41,603 bases of DNA from Chloroflexota bacterium (GTDB taxonomy: Bacteria > Chloroflexota > Limnocylindria > QHBO01). The stretch covers positions 12,671-54,273 of the forward strand of contig VBJX01000001.1 of NCBI GenBank assembly GCA_005879775.1, written 5' to 3'. The translations under genes were made by a program, and so were the position numbers. The notes under the pieces were generated by a model, which saw only the letters and a list, made by a program, of their open reading frames with translations, did no database searches and was not told the DNA's origin. The first letter of the stretch is position 1. Each line of letters starts with the position of its first letter. This document shows, one piece after another, positions 1-9,313 of this stretch.

Positions 1-546
1 CGTCGCAAGCGACTCGATCAGCGTCAGGTCGTGCGTCTGCCCGTGCTCCGGGAACAGCCGAAGACCGTCCCCAACCACCACGGGCACGACCCGCAGGTTG
101 AGCTCGTCGACAAGGTCGCGCTCGAGCAGCCAGCGGAGCAGCTTGCCGCTGCCATGAACCTGAAGCTCGCGCCCGGGCTTCGCCTTGAGCTCGCGCACCG
201 CCGCCTCGACGTCGCCGGAGATGACGTGGGTGTTCTGCCACGTTGGGTCCGTGAGCGTGGTCGAGGGCACGTACTTGGGCAGGACGTTGATGCCGTGGGA
301 GACCGGATCACCCGCGTCATGGTGCGGCCAATATGCGTCCCAGATCTCCCAGGTCCGGCGCCCGAGCAGCAGCGCATCCGCGCGCTCGAAGTAGGAGGTG
401 ACGAACTGCCAGGACTCCTCGTCGGCGTGCGACGCGGTCCAACCACCGCGGTCGAACCCGCCGCGCCGGTCCTCATCGGGGCCGCCCGGGCCCTGGTACA
501 CGCCGTCCACGCTCAGCATCATGGTTGCGGTCAGCTTCATGGTCAT
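1..546 (-). CDS. dihydrofolate reductase-family protein (RibD C-terminal domain type); C-terminus cut by window edge
   Basis: Not in the ORF track because it runs off the window. The reverse complement from ATG (546..544) reads in frame to base 1: MTMKLTATMMLSVDGVYQGPGGPDEDRRGGFDRGGW...LLLGRRTWEIWDAYWP...ELQVHGSGKLLRWLLERDLVDELNLRVVPVVVGDGLRLFPE. This is the typical layout of bacterial RibD_C/DHFR-like reductases. Track ORFs 24..476(-) and 31..576(+) are other frames of the same DNA. Confidence 0.8.
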   Translation of the reverse strand, partial: MTMKLTATMMLSVDGVYQGPGGPDEDRRGGFDRGGWTASHADEESWQFVTSYFERADALLLGRRTWEIWDAYWPHHDAGDPVSHGINVLPKYVPSTTLTDPTWQNTHVISGDVEAAVRELKAKPGRELQVHGSGKLLRWLLERDLVDELNLRVVPVVVGDGLRLFPEHGQTHDLTLIESLAT

Positions 547-655
547 CGCTCCGTGCAATTCATCGTCGATGGATAGACTACCGTTCGGACGGATCACCGC
601 CTTGACCTCGGACGGCCGGCATCGGTCAATCCCGACCTGGTGGGTAGGAGTTCCT

Positions 656-684
656 TTGACGGCGCCCAACCCTTCCAGTAGCCT
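656..684 (+). promoter_or_regulatory. candidate sigma70-type promoter for the FTR1 permease gene
   Basis: TTGACG (656-661), a 17-nt spacer, then TAGCCT (679-684, TAnnnT type) in the divergent intergenic region. Sequence match only. Confidence 0.3.
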
Positions 685-714
685 GAGCGGGCCCGTCGAG
701 CAGGCGCTTCGGCG

Positions 715-1635
715 GTGTCATCTGCCCCTTTTCGAGCGGAGACCGTCTTGGACTACGGCTTCTTCACGACCGGGCTGCTGACCGGCCTCCGCGAGGGGGT
801 GGAGGCAGCCCTCATCGTCAGCATCATCCTGGCCTACCTGGCCCGCACCGGGAACAGCCGGCACTTCGGCCGCATCTGGTCCGGCACCGCCGCAGCCGCG
901 GCGCTGAGCCTGGCGGTGGGCCTGCTCCTCTTCCTGACCATCGGCGAGCTGTCCGCTCCCGCCGAACAGATCTTCGAGGGGAGCGCCATGTTGCTGGCGG
1001 CCGCCGTGGTCACCTGGATGCTCTTCTGGATGCGGCGGACCTCGGCCAACATCCGCGGGGAACTGCACGCCGAGATCGACCGCGCCCTCAGCCACGGGAG
1101 CCTCTGGGGTCTGGCAGTGCTCGCCTTCGCGGCGGTGATCCGCGAGGGGATCGAGACCTCCCTCTTCCTGCTCGGTCAGGTGACCGCCGCCACCCGAGCC
1201 GATGCCGGAGCCTCCAGCACGCTGATCGGCGCACTCCTGGGGCTGCTGGTCGCAGCGCTGATCGGCTACGCCTTCTACCGCGGCGCGCGGGTCATCAACC
1301 TGCGGATCTTCTTCACCTGGACCGGCGTGGGGCTGGTCTTCATCGCGGCTGGGTTGGTGGCCAATGCCGCACATGAGCTGCTGGAAGCCGGGATCATCCC
1401 GATCGGGGCCGGGATCGCGTTCGACATCAGCGGGGTCCTGCCCCATTCCGAGCAGAGCGGCAACATCCTCGGACAGCTGCTGCGTGCCCTGTTCGGCTAC
1501 ACCAGCACGCCGGAATGGGGCGCATTGATCGCCTGGATCGTGTACCTGGGGACGGTCCTCACCCTCTACCTGCGCCCGATGCGGCCCGTCGCGGCAACGG
1601 GTCCGGCAACCGAGCACCGACCCGCCTCGACCTGA
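715..1635 (+). CDS. efeU: FTR1/EfeU-family high-affinity iron permease
   Basis: Polytopic membrane protein with the two family-defining REGxE motifs (LREGVEAAL and IREGIETSL). The GTG at 715 is the track start. TTG at 748, preceded by GGAGA (736-740), is an equally good or better start. Confidence 0.85.
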   Translation: MSSAPFRAETVLDYGFFTTGLLTGLREGVEAALIVSIILAYLARTGNSRHFGRIWSGTAAAAALSLAVGLLLFLTIGELSAPAEQIFEGSAMLLAAAVVTWMLFWMRRTSANIRGELHAEIDRALSHGSLWGLAVLAFAAVIREGIETSLFLLGQVTAATRADAGASSTLIGALLGLLVAALIGYAFYRGARVINLRIFFTWTGVGLVFIAAGLVANAAHELLEAGIIPIGAGIAFDISGVLPHSEQSGNILGQLLRALFGYTSTPEWGALIAWIVYLGTVLTLYLRPMRPVAATGPATEHRPAST

Positions 1636-1661
1636 CCGCCGCGGCGGTCTCGCCCCCCGGC

Positions 1662-2429
1662 TCAGCCCGCGGGCAGCTCGATGAACTCGAGCATCTGGCG
1701 CCAGGCATCGGTCGCAGCGTCCGCGTGGTCGCTCGCGTGCCGATCGAAGAACGAGTGCGGGGCGCCGCGGTAGATGACCGAGCGATGCTCGACCCCCGCC
1801 TCCTCGAGCGCTGCCTCGAAGGCGCCCACCGCCTCGGGCGGGATCCCCTGGTCGGCGCCTCCCCACAAGGCCAGCACGTCGGACTCGAAGCGATCGACCT
1901 CATCGATCGGCGCGGGGAGGCCGCCCCGTCCGACCCCCACCGGCGGCCCATAGAAGCCGATCACGCCTGCCAGCCCGAGCCCTCGCGTGGCCTGCAGGTA
2001 GCTGAGCCGTCCACCGAAGCAGAAGCCAACCGTGTAGACCCGTTCGGGCGCTCCACCGTCGGCGGTGCGCAGGTAGGCGACGCCGGCGGCCGCATCGGCG
2101 CACAGCGTTTCGTACGTCAGCTTGGCGAGGTGGGGCGCGTAGTCGAAGTCGGCTTCGCGCGGCTCAATCCCCGCCGTGCGGCCGAAATAGTCGATCGCCA
2201 GCGACTGCGCGCCAGCCTCGGCGAAGCGCAGGGCGAGCTCCTCGTAGAACGGATGCAGGCCCCGCACGTCGGGCAGGATGACGATCCCCGCGCCCCCTGC
2301 TTGCTGCGCCCGTGCGCCGTGTGCGTGGAACCGTGCTCCGTCCGCGGAGGTCAGGATCACGTCGCCCGAGTCGAGCGCCGCACCGCGGATTGGAGGGAAG
2401 GGTGGCCTGGCTTCCGCGTCGTAGCACAT
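1662..2429 (-). CDS. dienelactone hydrolase family protein
   Basis: From the internal ATG at 2429: MCYDAEARPP...GIVILPDVRGLHPFYEELALRFAEAGAQSLAIDYFGRTAG...VYTVGFCFGG...YRGAPHSFFD, the DLH alpha/beta-hydrolase pattern. The upstream 63 codons of track ORF 1662..2618 run out of frame across the rhomboid gene and are Arg/Pro/Cys junk. Confidence 0.85.
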   Translation of the reverse strand: MCYDAEARPPFPPIRGAALDSGDVILTSADGARFHAHGARAQQAGGAGIVILPDVRGLHPFYEELALRFAEAGAQSLAIDYFGRTAGIEPREADFDYAPHLAKLTYETLCADAAAGVAYLRTADGGAPERVYTVGFCFGGRLSYLQATRGLGLAGVIGFYGPPVGVGRGGLPAPIDEVDRFESDVLALWGGADQGIPPEAVGAFEAALEEAGVEHRSVIYRGAPHSFFDRHASDHADAATDAWRQMLEFIELPAG

Positions 2430-2433
2430 CGGC

Positions 2434-3606
2434 CTAGGCCAGCCGCTGGACGGCGACGTAGGTGCCGGCCACGAGCAGGGCGGTGACCGCCAGGTAGGCG
2501 CTGGCGCGCAGGATCGGGGACATGCGCGTCGCCAGCAGCGAGCCGTCGGCCGCCCGCCACATGGCGCCCATGGTCGGCACGTTGGCCGGCGGCAGGAGCA
2601 GGCCGATGGCGGCACCAACCACCAATCCGCCGACGTGGCCGGTCCAGCTGATTCCCGGGAAGGTGAAGGTGATCACCAGGTTCAACACGAGTAGGAACCC
2701 GACCTGGGAGAGGATGGCGCGCGCCTGGGGTCCGAGCAACAGATGCCGGCGCCGGGACACGACGAAGGCGAGCCCGAAGAGCCCGAAGATCGCGCCCGAT
2801 GCGCCCGCTGCCGGCACGTCGGGCGCGGCCAGGATGGTCAGCACGCTGCCACCCAGCGCACAGAGCAGATAGGTGGCGAGGTACTCGATATGGCCGTACA
2901 TCTGCTCGACGATCGGGCCGAAGAGCCATAGGGCATACATGTTGAACAGGATGTGCAGCGCGCTGAGGTGCAGGAAGGCGCCGGTCAGGAGGCGCCACCA
3001 CTCGCCGTGGGCCACGGCGGGTCCGTAGACAGCGCCTGCTTCGAGGAGAGGTCCGCCCCCGCCGCCCAGCAGCGAAAAGCTTCCCCTGGCACCCAGCAGC
3101 GAATCGATGAGGAAGACCGCGACGTTGATCGCGACGATGCCCCAGGTCATGTACGCCGGGTAGGCTGCGTATGCACCGCGCGCGCGGTTGAACTGACGCC
3201 GCGAGGCGAAGTCGTGTCCGGTCTCCTTGAGCAGCCAGGCGATGCGGTTGGCGATCGCTCCCCGCTCAGTGGGAGGCGCTCGGCGATCGGCCTCCCGATA
3301 GGCCTCCACCGCCTCTTCGAGGTTGCCCTCGCGGACGTGCTGCTCGGCCACCGATTTCCAGCCGAGCCAGGCTGTCGAGCCGCCCGCATCGGCGGCGTGC
3401 TGCCAGGCATCGAGCGCCCCCGGCTCGTCGTCGAGCCGGTAGCGAGCAGCGCCGATCGCCTGCCAGGCGGACCCGGCGACCTCAGGGTCGCCTTCGGCGG
3501 TCAGCGGGGAGAGGGCAGCAATCGCCGCTTCGAGGTCACCGGAGTCGAGGAGTCGCTGCCCCTCGGCGAGGCGAAGCTGGGGTGTCTGGTCCATGGGTCG
3601 GCGCAT
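2434..3606 (-). CDS. rhomboid-family intramembrane serine protease with N-terminal TPR-like domain
   Basis: The C-terminal half has rhomboid hallmarks: WRLLTGAFLHLSALHILFNMYALW, the catalytic GASGAIFG, and the His in WTGHVGGLVVG. The N-terminal ~150 aa is helical-repeat/TPR-like (GDLEAAIAAL, GNLEEAVEAYREA). An alternative start is ATG 3594 (MDQTPQ). Confidence 0.85.
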   Translation of the reverse strand: MRRPMDQTPQLRLAEGQRLLDSGDLEAAIAALSPLTAEGDPEVAGSAWQAIGAARYRLDDEPGALDAWQHAADAGGSTAWLGWKSVAEQHVREGNLEEAVEAYREADRRAPPTERGAIANRIAWLLKETGHDFASRRQFNRARGAYAAYPAYMTWGIVAINVAVFLIDSLLGARGSFSLLGGGGGPLLEAGAVYGPAVAHGEWWRLLTGAFLHLSALHILFNMYALWLFGPIVEQMYGHIEYLATYLLCALGGSVLTILAAPDVPAAGASGAIFGLFGLAFVVSRRRHLLLGPQARAILSQVGFLLVLNLVITFTFPGISWTGHVGGLVVGAAIGLLLPPANVPTMGAMWRAADGSLLATRMSPILRASAYLAVTALLVAGTYVAVQRLA

Positions 3607-3622
3607 TATGGCCCCAGATACG

Positions 3623-3660
3623 AAACGACCGCCGAGAACTTGGCACCTCGGCGGTCGTTT
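3623..3660 (-). terminator. intrinsic (bidirectional-looking) terminator hairpin
   Basis: Perfect 14-bp stem AAACGACCGCCGAG / CTCGGCGGTCGTTT with a 10-nt loop. On the minus strand it is followed by TTTCGTATCT. It lies downstream of the HTH gene stop (3726). Confidence 0.55.
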
Positions 3661-3683
3661 GCGCCCCCTGGCGGGGAACGGGG

Positions 3684-3708
3684 CTGTCCCGGCCGTAAGC
3701 CGGGACAG
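3684..3708 (-). other. second GC-rich stem-loop in the same intergenic region
   Basis: 10-bp stem CTGTCCCGGC / GCCGGGACAG with a 5-nt loop. There is no U-tract. Confidence 0.3.
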
Positions 3709-3725
3709 GCATCAATCGGGTCTGA

Positions 3726-3911
3726 CTATTTGTCGCGGCGCAGGAAGTCGAGCACGTCGTCGTAGCGGAAGCGGCGGTCGCCGCGCTTGCAGACCCGATA
3801 GAACGGGATCTCGCCGCGGTCTCCCAGGCGCTTCACGGTGTTGACGTGCAGGTGGAGCAAGTCGGCGACCTCGGTCGCCGTCAGCAGCTTCCCGACCTCG
3901 TTGCTGATCAT
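3726..3911 (-). CDS. small excisionase/MerR-like helix-turn-helix DNA-binding protein
   Basis: MISNEVGKLLTATEVADLLHLHVNTVKRLGDRGEIPFYRVCKRGDRRFRYDDVLDFLRRDK matches the excisionase-family HTH pattern (LT..EvA..L.v...Tv.r....G.ip...). The start is taken at the internal ATG 3911, which has GAGGGAA upstream. The track ORF extends to 3959. Confidence 0.7.
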   Translation of the reverse strand: MISNEVGKLLTATEVADLLHLHVNTVKRLGDRGEIPFYRVCKRGDRRFRYDDVLDFLRRDK

Positions 3912-4092
3912 CGGTAAATCGGTTCCCTCACACCCTACGCCGGAGTGCTGTCTGTCCACGCGGGCACCGATTGGGTGCAGACCGCGCGGCTTCTGGCCGG
4001 ATAGTAGGGTTGAGGTGCGTTCCCGAGCCCCGGTACTTTCGGTCGCGGCCCGGGGTACATTCCGCGAAGGCGGAGGCCGGAGGTCGCTCGCC

Positions 4093-4896
4093 TCAGCGCG
4101 TGACGCCCGCGGTCTCGCCGCCGCTGATTCGCTGCGCGAGGTAGACCGGCACCACCGAGAGCAGAATCAAGACGGTGGCCACGACGTTGACCACCGGCAG
4201 CGCATTCGGGCGCTGGATGGCGGAGAGGACCCAGAGCGGCACGGTGTCGACGCCGGCACCGGCGGTGAAGTTGGTGACGATCACCTCGTCGAAGGAGAGG
4301 GCGAAGGCCAGGAGCGCCCCCGACAGGAGTGCCGTTCGGAGCGACGGCAAGAAGACGTGGCGGAAGGTCTGCCAGGTGTCCGCCCCCAGATCCATCGAGG
4401 CCTCTTCGAGGGAGCGAGCGGTGCGGCGCAGGCGCGCCAGCACGTTGTTGTAGGCGATCACCACGCAGAAGGTGGCGTGGCCCACGATGATGGTCGGAAG
4501 ACCGAAGTCGATCCCCAGCGTCTGGAAGGTCGCGCTCAGCGCCACGCCGGTCACCACCCCCGGCAAGGCGATCGGCAGGATCACCAGGAAGGTGACCGCC
4601 TCGCGCCCGAAGAAGGCAAAGCGCTGCACCGCCAGCGCGGCCATGCTGCCCAGTACGAGCGCAATCGCGGTCGCTCCGCTGGCCGCGATGATCGAGTTGA
4701 GGAAGGCCTGGCGCACCGATCCGTCGGCTGCCGCCCTCGCGAACCACTCGAGCGAGACGCCGGCAATCGGCCACGCCTGCACCCGGCTGGCGTTGAAGGC
4801 GTAGACCACGATCACCAGCAGCGGCACATAGATGAAGAGCAGCACCACTGCGGTCGCCAGTCGAAGGCCGATGCGCACGAGGCGCGAATCCTCCAT
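4093..4896 (-). CDS. ABC transporter permease, PotC-like (spermidine/putrescine-type importer)
   Basis: Six-TM binding-protein-dependent permease with an EAA-loop region (LEEASMDLGADTWQTFRHVFLPSLRTALLSG). It is the last gene of the A-D-B-C operon. Confidence 0.9.
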   Translation of the reverse strand: MEDSRLVRIGLRLATAVVLLFIYVPLLVIVVYAFNASRVQAWPIAGVSLEWFARAAADGSVRQAFLNSIIAASGATAIALVLGSMAALAVQRFAFFGREAVTFLVILPIALPGVVTGVALSATFQTLGIDFGLPTIIVGHATFCVVIAYNNVLARLRRTARSLEEASMDLGADTWQTFRHVFLPSLRTALLSGALLAFALSFDEVIVTNFTAGAGVDTVPLWVLSAIQRPNALPVVNVVATVLILLSVVPVYLAQRISGGETAGVTR

Positions 4897-4898
4897 GG

Positions 4899-5807
4899 CT
4901 AGAGCGATTCGAAGGCGCCGAGGCGCCGGGCGACGAGGAGATAGGCAACGATGACCACCACTGGAATCGACGCAATCGCGGCTGCGAGCGGCAGGTTCGG
5001 GACGCCGAGGGCGTCGTAGATGGCGTTACCGAGCAGCTTCGTGTTCGAGACCAGCTGCGGCGTGATGTAGTCCCCCAAGGTCAGGCTGAAGGTGAAGATC
5101 GAACCGGCAACCACCGCCGGCAGGACGAGCGGCAGCACCACCCGACGGAACGTGAAGCCGGCGCGCGCACCAAGGTCGGACGATGCTTCCAGCAGGCTGC
5201 CCGGGATCCTTTCGAGCCCGGCGTAGATCGGCAGCACCATGTACGGCAGCCACAGGTAGGTGAAGACGAGCCAGATCGCCACCTCGCCGGTTCCGGGACC
5301 GTGGAGCCCGAAGGGCGCCAGCGCCCAGTTGATGACCCCGTGGCCGAGCAGCATCGTCCGCCAGGCGTAGACCTTCACCAGGTAGCTGGCCCACAGAGGC
5401 ATCAGGACCGCCACCACCAGCAGGCCGCGCACCCGTCGCGACGCGATGCGGGCCATGTAGTAGGCGATCGGGAATGCCAGCGCGATGCAGGTCGCCGTGA
5501 CCAGTACCGCCATTCCGACCGTGCGCAGCGCCAGCGTGCGATAGACGGCGGTGCTGAAGAGGGTGACGAAGTTGTCCAGGGTCGGCTCGAAGACGACCTT
5601 GCCGGTGAACGAGTCGAGGCGCCAGAACGCGTTGGCGAAGAGGACCGCCAGCGATCCGACGTAGGCGACCACCACCCACGCCAGTGGAGCGGCCAGGAGC
5701 AGACGCAGCTGCAGCCGCGGATGCCGGTAGAGGAAAGCGGCCAGACGGCGTCGAACGCCGGGAGGCCGAGCGAAGGCTGCCGAGGTCATCGACTCACTCG
5801 ACCCCAC
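4899..5807 (-). CDS. ABC transporter permease, PotB-like
   Basis: Permease with an EAA loop (LLEASSDLGARAGFTFRRVVLPLVLPAVVAG). There is a 2-nt gap to the downstream permease gene. Confidence 0.9.
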   Translation of the reverse strand: MGSSESMTSAAFARPPGVRRRLAAFLYRHPRLQLRLLLAAPLAWVVVAYVGSLAVLFANAFWRLDSFTGKVVFEPTLDNFVTLFSTAVYRTLALRTVGMAVLVTATCIALAFPIAYYMARIASRRVRGLLVVAVLMPLWASYLVKVYAWRTMLLGHGVINWALAPFGLHGPGTGEVAIWLVFTYLWLPYMVLPIYAGLERIPGSLLEASSDLGARAGFTFRRVVLPLVLPAVVAGSIFTFSLTLGDYITPQLVSNTKLLGNAIYDALGVPNLPLAAAIASIPVVVIVAYLLVARRLGAFESL

Positions 5808-5870
5808 GAGATGACGCCCGGAGTCGCATGGGGGCCCCCGGGCGCCCCATCCTGAACCGATCAGCCCTGG

Positions 5871-7031
5871 CTAGGAGCCGGTGATGTCGGTCCAGGCGTT
5901 GGTCCAATCGGTGAAGTCCTTGCAGACCGCACCGCGATCGTCGCCGCACTCCTTCTGCGGCGTGTTCCAGTAGGCGATCTTCGAGAAGTACGCCTCGTCC
6001 GTGGCGTGGAACGTGTCGCAGTGGCCGGGCGAGAGCTTCTCCGCCTCGTCACACGCCGCCTTGCTGACGGGAGCCTCCCCGAACCAGACGGTGGCCATCG
6101 CGTTCGCCTTGGGCGAGATGATCCAGTCCATCCACTTGTACATGCAGTTCGGATGCTTGGCGTGCGCGCTGATCATCCAGGTGTCGGACCAACCGGTCGA
6201 GCCCTCGTCGGGAAGGGTGGCCGCAACCGGCGCATCGGTAAGCTGGTTGACCTGGTACTGCCAGGTGGTGCCTGCGAGCATGTCGCCGGCGCTAAAGCTC
6301 TCGATCTGCTGAGTGGCGGTGGACCAGTACTCGCCGATGATCTTGTTCTGCTGCTTGAGCAGGTCGACGGCGGCGTTGAACTGATCCTCGTCGAGCTCGT
6401 ATGGGTTCTTGATCCCCAGGTCGGCCTTGTGCTTCGACAGGTAGAGCGCCGCGTCGGCGATGTAGATCGCCGAGTTGTAGATGCTGATCTTGCCCGCGGC
6501 CGGCGAGTTGCTGTCCCATACCACGGACCAGCTGGTCGGGGCGGTGGTGAAGGTATCGGTGTTGTAGATCAGCAGGTTGGCGCCGCGGCCGTGCGGCACC
6601 CCGTACGGGACCCCGTTGACGGTGTTATGCGGCTGGCCCTTGAGGCCGGCAAAGACGTTGGCGTAGTTCGGGATCAGGTCCGTGTTGACCGGCGCGACGT
6701 CACCGCCGGCAATCAGGCGCAGGGTCGCGTCGCCGGAGGCAGAGACCCCGTCGTAGTTGCCGGTATGCATGAGTTGCACCATGTTCGCTGAGTCGGTCCC
6801 GTCCTGGGTCTTGACCTGGCAGCCGGTCGCGTCCTGGAAGGGGGTGACCCAGTCGTACGCAGGGTCATTCGATCCGTTCTCGGCGTATCCGGTCCAGATG
6901 ACCAGGTCGACTTCCCCCTCACCGGGTCCGACCGACGCCTGCATGCCGCTGGGCGCGCTGCTCGCCGAGCTGCAGGCGGCAACGAGCATGGCGGTGGTCG
7001 CCACCGTGGCCAGGATCCTCAGGTTCGTCAT
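5871..7031 (-). CDS. ABC transporter substrate-binding lipoprotein (PotD/PotF-like, SBP_bac_8 type)
   Basis: Sec/lipoprotein signal [22 protein letters not shown] (lipobox LVAAC) followed by a periplasmic-binding-protein-like sequence. Its ATG overlaps the upstream ATPase stop as ATGA (7028-7031). Confidence 0.85.
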   Translation of the reverse strand: MTNLRILATVATTAMLVAACSSASSAPSGMQASVGPGEGEVDLVIWTGYAENGSNDPAYDWVTPFQDATGCQVKTQDGTDSANMVQLMHTGNYDGVSASGDATLRLIAGGDVAPVNTDLIPNYANVFAGLKGQPHNTVNGVPYGVPHGRGANLLIYNTDTFTTAPTSWSVVWDSNSPAAGKISIYNSAIYIADAALYLSKHKADLGIKNPYELDEDQFNAAVDLLKQQNKIIGEYWSTATQQIESFSAGDMLAGTTWQYQVNQLTDAPVAATLPDEGSTGWSDTWMISAHAKHPNCMYKWMDWIISPKANAMATVWFGEAPVSKAACDEAEKLSPGHCDTFHATDEAYFSKIAYWNTPQKECGDDRGAVCKDFTDWTNAWTDITGS

Positions 7032-8125
7032 GCGCTCTCCGCTCCCTCTCCATCCCCCGTCGGTCCCGAGCTCCCGCCCAGGGTCAACACGTGCTGCCGC
7101 TTCCAGACCAGGCGAACCGGTCTGTCCTGAGCGGCGAGTGCCTCCATTGACGACGTCTCGAGGTTCTGCTGGGTCACGACCAGCGCGCCACCGACGTCGA
7201 GCTCCACGATGTAGCGCGTATCCGAGCCAAGGTACACCACTTCTCGCACGTGACCGAGCGCCGACTGCTCGTCAGGCGCCGGTTCCGCATCGGGGCTCGC
7301 GAGGCGGATCTTCTCGGGCCGAACGGTGTAGATCCCATCTGAGCCGATCACCGCGCGCGCCGTCTCTCCCCGGAGCAGGTTCGAGGTGCCGACGAAGCCG
7401 GCCACGAAGGTCGTCGCCGGTCGCTCATAGACGTCTGCGGGGGAGCCGACCTGCTCGATCTGGCCGCGATTGAAGACGGCCAGCCGATCGCTCATGGTGA
7501 GCGCCTCCTCCTGGTCGTGGGTGACGTAGATGAAGGTGATCCCCACCTGCTGCTGGATCGCCTTGAGCTCGATCTGCATCTCCTCGCGCAGCTTCAGGTC
7601 AAGGGCGCCCAGCGGCTCGTCCAGGAGGAGGATCCGCGGGCGGTTGATCAGCGCGCGCGCCAGCGCCACGCGTTGCCGCTGGCCTCCCGAGAGCTGGCCG
7701 GGCCGCCTCCCCTGGTAGCCCTCCAGGCGAACCATGCGCAGCGCCTCGGTCAGGCGTTCCTCGCGCTCGAGGCGCGGCACGCGACGAACCATCAGGCCAT
7801 ACGCCACGTTCTCCCCGACCGTCATGTGCGGGAAGAGGGCGTAGTCCTGAAAGACGGTGTTCACATCCCGATCGAAGGGCGGCACCCCGGTCACGTCGCG
7901 ACCGTAGAGCAGGATCTGCCCGCTGCTGGGTGTCTCGAAGCCGGCGATCATGCGGAGGGTGGTGGTCTTCCCCGAGCCCGATGGCCCGAGCATCGAGAAG
8001 AACTCTCCGTCGCGGATCTCCAGGTCGATGCCGGCGACTGCGTCCACGTCGCCGAAGCGCTTGGTGAGCTGCTCGAGTCGGACGGCGGCCACGTTGGCCT
8101 GCGTCATTCCAGGGGCTGCGGTCAT
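7028..8125 (-). CDS. potA: ABC transporter ATP-binding protein, PotA-like
   Basis: Walker [10 protein letters not shown], signature [15 protein letters not shown], Walker [12 protein letters not shown] and the H-loop YVTHDQ. The start is set at ATG 8125 (or 8107). The 78-codon N-terminal extension of track ORF 7028..8359 is Pro/Ala/Thr-rich and overlaps the divergent EamA gene. Confidence 0.9.
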   Translation of the reverse strand: MTAAPGMTQANVAAVRLEQLTKRFGDVDAVAGIDLEIRDGEFFSMLGPSGSGKTTTLRMIAGFETPSSGQILLYGRDVTGVPPFDRDVNTVFQDYALFPHMTVGENVAYGLMVRRVPRLEREERLTEALRMVRLEGYQGRRPGQLSGGQRQRVALARALINRPRILLLDEPLGALDLKLREEMQIELKAIQQQVGITFIYVTHDQEEALTMSDRLAVFNRGQIEQVGSPADVYERPATTFVAGFVGTSNLLRGETARAVIGSDGIYTVRPEKIRLASPDAEPAPDEQSALGHVREVVYLGSDTRYIVELDVGGALVVTQQNLETSSMEALAAQDRPVRLVWKRQHVLTLGGSSGPTGDGEGAESA

Positions 8126-8261
8126 CGGGTCGGCGGCCACGTGCTCCCTCGGGTAGGCTGCCGGGGACCTGCCGGCAGTAGAGCCCGGCCCCCAGACGGT
8201 GGCCGGATTGGCGGCACTCTGCGATCGGGCCGTCCGCCTGTCAAGCCATTTCGGAGGTGTC

Positions 8262-9101
8262 GTGCTCGGAGTCGGGGTGGGGTTCGGCGTCGCGGCGGCA
8301 CTCGCCTGGGGGATGGGCGATTTCGCCGGTGGGCTGGCCGCGAAACGGATCGGCGCCATGGCGGTGGCTGCGGGTTCCCAGCTCGCCGGACTCGCACTCC
8401 TGGGCCTCCTCGTCGTTGCGCTCCACCCCGAGGCGCCGAGCGCCGCGACGGTCCTCCTCGGCGCCGCGGGTGGCGTCTGCGGCGGCCTGGGACTGGCGGC
8501 CCTCTACCGGGCGCTGGCGATCGGCAACATGGGGATCGTCTCGGCCCTCTCCGGTGTGGGTTCGGCGGCGATTCCGCTGGCCGTTGGTGTCGGGCTGCAG
8601 GGCGACGTTCTCGGGCCGTTCCAGGTTCTCGGCATCGGCTGCGCGCTCGTCGCGGTCGCAGCTGCCAGCGGCGCAACCACCCGCGGCCTGGGGCGCGAAT
8701 CCCTGCTCCTGGCTGGCCTTGCGGCACTCGGCTTCGGCCTCTGGTTCGTGCTGCTCGACCTCGCCTCCGAACAGAACAGGCTCTGGGCGCTGGTCGCCAG
8801 CCGTGGCACGGCTGCCACGCTCATCGGCATCGTGGCGCTGCCGCGCATCGGACGTGTCGCACTGCGCACCAATGCAGGCCTGATCGTCACGGCCGGGGTT
8901 GCCGACGTGAGCGCCAACGGCCTGGTCGTGCTGGCCTTCGCGCTCATACCGGTCGGCGTGGTGGCCTCGGTCGCCGGCCTCTACCCGCTGGCCACCATGC
9001 TCATGGCCCGAGTCGTGCTGCACGAGGCGGTCCCACGCCTCGGGATGGTGGCCATCGTCGTCGCCATCGCCGGCATCGTGCTCATCTCCGTCGGAGGCTG
9101 A
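8262..9101 (+). CDS. EamA/DMT-family transporter
   Basis: About 10 hydrophobic helices with a duplicated EamA-like architecture ([14 protein letters not shown]...; ...[16 protein letters not shown]). GTG 8262 is preceded by GGAGG (8253-8257). The track ORF starts at 8199. Confidence 0.8.
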   Translation: MLGVGVGFGVAAALAWGMGDFAGGLAAKRIGAMAVAAGSQLAGLALLGLLVVALHPEAPSAATVLLGAAGGVCGGLGLAALYRALAIGNMGIVSALSGVGSAAIPLAVGVGLQGDVLGPFQVLGIGCALVAVAAASGATTRGLGRESLLLAGLAALGFGLWFVLLDLASEQNRLWALVASRGTAATLIGIVALPRIGRVALRTNAGLIVTAGVADVSANGLVVLAFALIPVGVVASVAGLYPLATMLMARVVLHEAVPRLGMVAIVVAIAGIVLISVGG

Positions 9102-9284
9102 ACCGGGCGGCGGATCCCATCCGCCTCCGCGCCAGGCTCAGTTCGGCCAGCTGCCGCCGGTCGAGGCCAGGCGAAGTCCAGGACGAACTGCCATCGGTCG
9201 GGCTCCTGCTGCGCTTGCTCGCCACCTGGTGGTCCCACGGGCGAGAGAGGGGCAGAGGAGACACCGGGCGGCCTTACCCGCCGC

Positions 9285-9313
9285 TTACCGTTCGCTTATT
9301 CGGGCGCTATGAT
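9285..9313 (+). promoter_or_regulatory. candidate promoter for the E1/acyltransferase/glycosylase operon
   Basis: TTACCG (9285-9290), a 17-nt spacer, then TATGAT (9308-9313), about 45 nt upstream of ATG 9358. Sequence match only. Confidence 0.3.

Noticed and set aside
3838-4975. 354-aa (+) and 346-aa (-) ORFs overlapping the potC-like gene
   Set aside because: They are alternative frames of a clear ABC permease gene. Their composition is dominated by Arg/Gly/Asp/His, with no membrane or enzyme motif.
8126-8359. 78-codon N-terminal extension of the PotA-like ATPase; similar extensions on DUF1015 (25279-25551), AACS (25260-25328), SBP2 (29675-29827) and PotB2 (30891-31115)
   Set aside because: The extensions are Pro/Arg/Ser/Thr-rich. 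They overlap neighbouring genes or divergent promoters. Homologous proteins normally begin at the internal Met that I chose.
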